Below, one piece after another: positions 61,214 through 64,000 of a stretch of 64,000 bases of DNA; position 1 is the stretch's first letter, and each line of letters begins with the position of its first letter. The translations under genes were made by a program, and so were the position numbers. This DNA comes from Spirochaetia bacterium (GTDB lineage Bacteria; Spirochaetota; Spirochaetia; DSM-2461): the NCBI GenBank assembly GCA_963668315.1, contig OY764216.1, positions 1,696,001 through 1,760,000 on the forward strand, read 5' to 3'. Below the pieces are notes generated by a model, which was not told the origin of the DNA, ran no database searches, and saw only the letters and a list, made by a program, of their open reading frames with translations.

Positions 61214-61276
61214 TGTGTTAATATATGTGGAAAAATCGGTAAATACAAGGTACAATAGCACCAAAAGGATGGATAT

Positions 61277-61795
61277 ATGGAATACGTAGTACTTTCCGTT
61301 ACCGGCGAAGACCGCATCGGCCTGGTCGAAGAACTCACAGAGAGAATCAGCCGGTACGGATGCAATATTGAAGACAGCCGGATGGCCCTCCTGGGAGGGG
61401 AGTTTTCCGTTATCATGCTTCTCTCCGGCGATGATGCCGACCTTGAATCATTAAAAGCGAAGGTTCCCGTTTTAGAAAGGGAACTCAAACTTACTGTTCG
61501 TGCCAAAGATACCAATCCTCCCCAGCATCAGAAAGGACAGACCTACCGTCTGGAAACCGTATCACCCGATTCGAAAGGACTTGTTCATCAGCTCACCGCT
61601 GTACTGAGGGAATATGATGTGAATATCGAGGATTTCAAGACAGAAGTCAAAGCCGCTCCCTGGACGGGTACGCCCATGTTCCATATGAAGGGCACCATCG
61701 TCGTCCCTCCCGCCGCGGATATAAGGAATCTGCGGGAGAAACTCATTGAGCTGGAAGGGGAGAAAGAGCTGGATATATTTCTTAAGCCCGTTTAA
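61277..61795 (+). CDS. GcvR-like tandem ACT domain protein
   Basis: GEDRIGLV, NIEDSRM, PDSKGLV, APWTGTPMF. Confidence 0.88.
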   Translation: MEYVVLSVTGEDRIGLVEELTERISRYGCNIEDSRMALLGGEFSVIMLLSGDDADLESLKAKVPVLERELKLTVRAKDTNPPQHQKGQTYRLETVSPDSKGLVHQLTAVLREYDVNIEDFKTEVKAAPWTGTPMFHMKGTIVVPPAADIRNLREKLIELEGEKELDIFLKPV

Positions 61796-61798
61796 GTA

Positions 61799-63583
61799 AT
61801 GGCGAAACTTCCCCAGAGCATCGGCCCCTTTACCGTCCTCGAATCCCTGGGACGGGGCGGAACCAGTCAGGTTTATAAAGCCGTCCATCCGGAACTGAAG
61901 AAAACGGTTGTCCTCAAAAAACTGACTCTCAAGGGTACCGGTACGGTTAAGGAGCGTTTTCAGAGAGAAGCGGATCTGATGATGGGATTCAACCATGAGC
62001 ATATCGTCAAAGTCTATGATATTTTCAAGGACGGGAGCAGCTGGATCACGGTTCAGGAGTTCGTGGACGGTCCCAATCTGGAGGAGATCATCTCCCGCCG
62101 GGGCGGCCTGGGAAAAAGGGAATCCCTGGGGATTATCATTCAGTGTCTCAAGGCTCTGGTTTATATTCATAAACAGGGGGTTGTCCATCGTGATATTAAA
62201 CCTTCCAATATTTTCCTGACCTCCCGGGGAAAGGTCAAACTGGGAGATTTCGGAATTGCCTCCCGCCTCGACGGGGGTAAGGCCCTGACCCGGGAGGGCG
62301 CCGCTCTGGGGACTCCCGACTTCATGGCTCCCGAGCAGGCTCTCGATCCGGCATCCGTAGACGGCCGGGCCGATATCTATGCTCTGGCTCTGACATGGTA
62401 TGAAGCCTGGACGGGAGAACCCTGGCCCAGGCGCGGAAGGATAGCCGGCGGCGTCAGGTTTTCGGTGGCGGGAAGGCTTCTTCTCAAGGGGGCCAGAAAA
62501 AACCGTCTCTTCCGGTTTCGGTCGGCCCGGTCGCTTCTTCTGCAGATACGGCTTTTGCTTTTTCCCCTGCTTATCCGCTCCCGTTCCCTGACTGCGGTGG
62601 TTCCCCCCCTGATAAAAAGCGGGGAAGGTTCCGGGACAGGACAGGAGAGAAAAACCGCCCGGGAGAAAGCCGGCATTCCCCGAAAAAAGACCAGGAAACC
62701 GGCAGGAATCATTCTGCTGATTCTTCTTCTGGGACTGCTGACGGCCGGCGGCCGATTCGCCTATTATCGATTTCCCGGGGGAGCCCGTTTTTCCCGTTTT
62801 TCCGCTGAAATCCCCTATACGGTGAATACGGCCGCCTGGTACCGGAAGGAGGTCAAACTGCGCCTCTACGAGGACCGGGAGGGAGGCATGCACCGGGAAA
62901 GACGGTTCTTTCTGCTGGATAGAAGGGACAGCTCGAAACTGGTTACCCGAAGGATATATCTCTCCCGTGGGAGTTACCGCCTGCGCGTAACCCTGCCGGA
63001 CAGGGAGGAGTGGCATCGTTTTTATCTGGAGGGGAGGGACATGCATTATTCCCTGGAGGCGCTGGATTTTCCCCAGACACCCCTTCTGGTGGATTCGGTC
63101 GTTTATGATATTCTGACCGGGGAAGCTCTTTCCGAATCTCATATGGAACTTATCGCAGGGGAGGAGCCGATACCCTTGAGCGGACCCGTTCCGGTTCTTC
63201 CCGGAGAAACGACGAAGCTTCTCGTGACCTCGCCCGGATACCAGGATCTGGTTCAGGAAGTGCGTATCGAACCGTCCCAGAAGGAACTGACCCTCAGGCT
63301 GGGGCTGCTGCCAGAACCGGCCCGGCTGGTTGTGAAAAGGGGAGACGTGCCGGACGAACCGGGCTGGACAACATCAGTGAAGATAGACGGATCGGCCGAC
63401 TATCTCTCATGGGAGGGGACGCCCCACTGGGAGCGGATTGATCAGAAGGATCGGGAAATCCTGCTCTATCTGTCACCGGGGAAACATAGAGTGGAAATAG
63501 CCCTTTCGGGGGAAGAGAATAGTGTCTTTGCCAAAGAGATTATCCTGGAGCCGGGCCGTACTTATACGGTTTACGGAGAGTAG
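61799..63583 (+). CDS. Membrane-anchored Hanks-type Ser/Thr protein kinase
   Basis: GRGG..VYKA, HRDIKPSN, DFG, GTPDFMAPE, TM, PEGA-like external domains. Confidence 0.93.
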   Translation: MAKLPQSIGPFTVLESLGRGGTSQVYKAVHPELKKTVVLKKLTLKGTGTVKERFQREADLMMGFNHEHIVKVYDIFKDGSSWITVQEFVDGPNLEEIISRRGGLGKRESLGIIIQCLKALVYIHKQGVVHRDIKPSNIFLTSRGKVKLGDFGIASRLDGGKALTREGAALGTPDFMAPEQALDPASVDGRADIYALALTWYEAWTGEPWPRRGRIAGGVRFSVAGRLLLKGARKNRLFRFRSARSLLLQIRLLLFPLLIRSRSLTAVVPPLIKSGEGSGTGQERKTAREKAGIPRKKTRKPAGIILLILLLGLLTAGGRFAYYRFPGGARFSRFSAEIPYTVNTAAWYRKEVKLRLYEDREGGMHRERRFFLLDRRDSSKLVTRRIYLSRGSYRLRVTLPDREEWHRFYLEGRDMHYSLEALDFPQTPLLVDSVVYDILTGEALSESHMELIAGEEPIPLSGPVPVLPGETTKLLVTSPGYQDLVQEVRIEPSQKELTLRLGLLPEPARLVVKRGDVPDEPGWTTSVKIDGSADYLSWEGTPHWERIDQKDREILLYLSPGKHRVEIALSGEENSVFAKEIILEPGRTYTVYGE

Positions 63584-64000
63584 CTATTTCTTGCGGATGA
63601 GGATATCCCGGTCCTCGGGAAGGAGCCGGGCCTTTTCCAGATCTTTTATGAAGCGGGTCCCGTCCTTGTAATATCCGGCGGTTTCTCCGATTCCTTCGCA
63701 CTTCCCTGTCCAATACCGGTTGAAGAGTATCATTGCGCATTCACGGGCGAATTTGGCAAAGAGAGAAGCCAGCGCCGTCTCCATCGCCTTGCCATCGGCT
63801 CCCACCATAAATTGAATGGTCCGTGTCCCCGAACGGTAGAGGGACCGTTCCGCCCTCTCCTCCACGGCCTGGAGCGGTTTTCCCGGAAGAAGGGACAGGA
63901 GCCAGTCGCCATAGAAACGCCGTCCCCCCTGACGGTCCACCGTGAGAATCACATCATCTTCCTTCAGTGCTGCGGCCATAAGGGGGTCAAGAAGATCCTG
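63584..64000 (-). CDS. Hypothetical protein, 3' part (frame open to the window end)
   Basis: Open frame convergent with the kinase gene. Confidence 0.6.
   Translation of the reverse strand, partial: QDLLDPLMAAALKEDDVILTVDRQGGRRFYGDWLLSLLPGKPLQAVEERAERSLYRSGTRTIQFMVGADGKAMETALASLFAKFARECAMILFNRYWTGKCEGIGETAGYYKDGTRFIKDLEKARLLPEDRDILIRKK

Noticed and set aside
61562..63142. 526-aa minus-strand ORF
   Set aside because: Antisense to the Ser/Thr kinase gene
1..64000. tRNA, rRNA, IS elements, prophage
   Set aside because: No cloverleaf, rRNA signature, transposase, integrase or phage genes recognised by eye

Overview
A 64-kb chromosomal window, roughly 50-55% GC by eye, most likely from a free-living Spirochaetales bacterium. 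That assignment is inferred from signal-peptide style and gene content, not proven. It holds about 60 protein genes, mostly housekeeping or metabolic: sbcB, thpR, hrpB, two FGGY/ribulokinases, an rqcH-like gene, mrp, dtd, lacI-fucI, fabH, a glycine-betaine ABC transporter with an EctR/CosR-like MarR, rpsU, htpG, apt, a heterodimeric ABC exporter, uxaE and a Ser/Thr kinase. I saw no rRNA, tRNA, CRISPR array or IS element. Best leads: (1) a coupled pair, cNMP-GGDEF(degenerate) plus cNMP-GGDEF-DHH/DHHA1, whose GGDEF domains have lost complementary catalytic residues, suggesting an asymmetric dinucleotide synthase with a built-in hydrolase; (2) a recurring nested-hairpin + AURCAACC element abutting the Shine-Dalgarno of two unrelated genes; (3) an IgaA/UmoB-like membrane protein far outside Enterobacterales; (4) a five-gene secreted cassette (LolA-like, lipase, beta-propeller, lipoprotein, M30-like peptidase) with mosaic GC; (5) a doubly deleted WYL-regulator remnant behind sbcB-thpR; (6) unannotated small transcription units and frequent apparently leaderless genes. 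All functional calls come from motif recognition by eye; no database searches were run.
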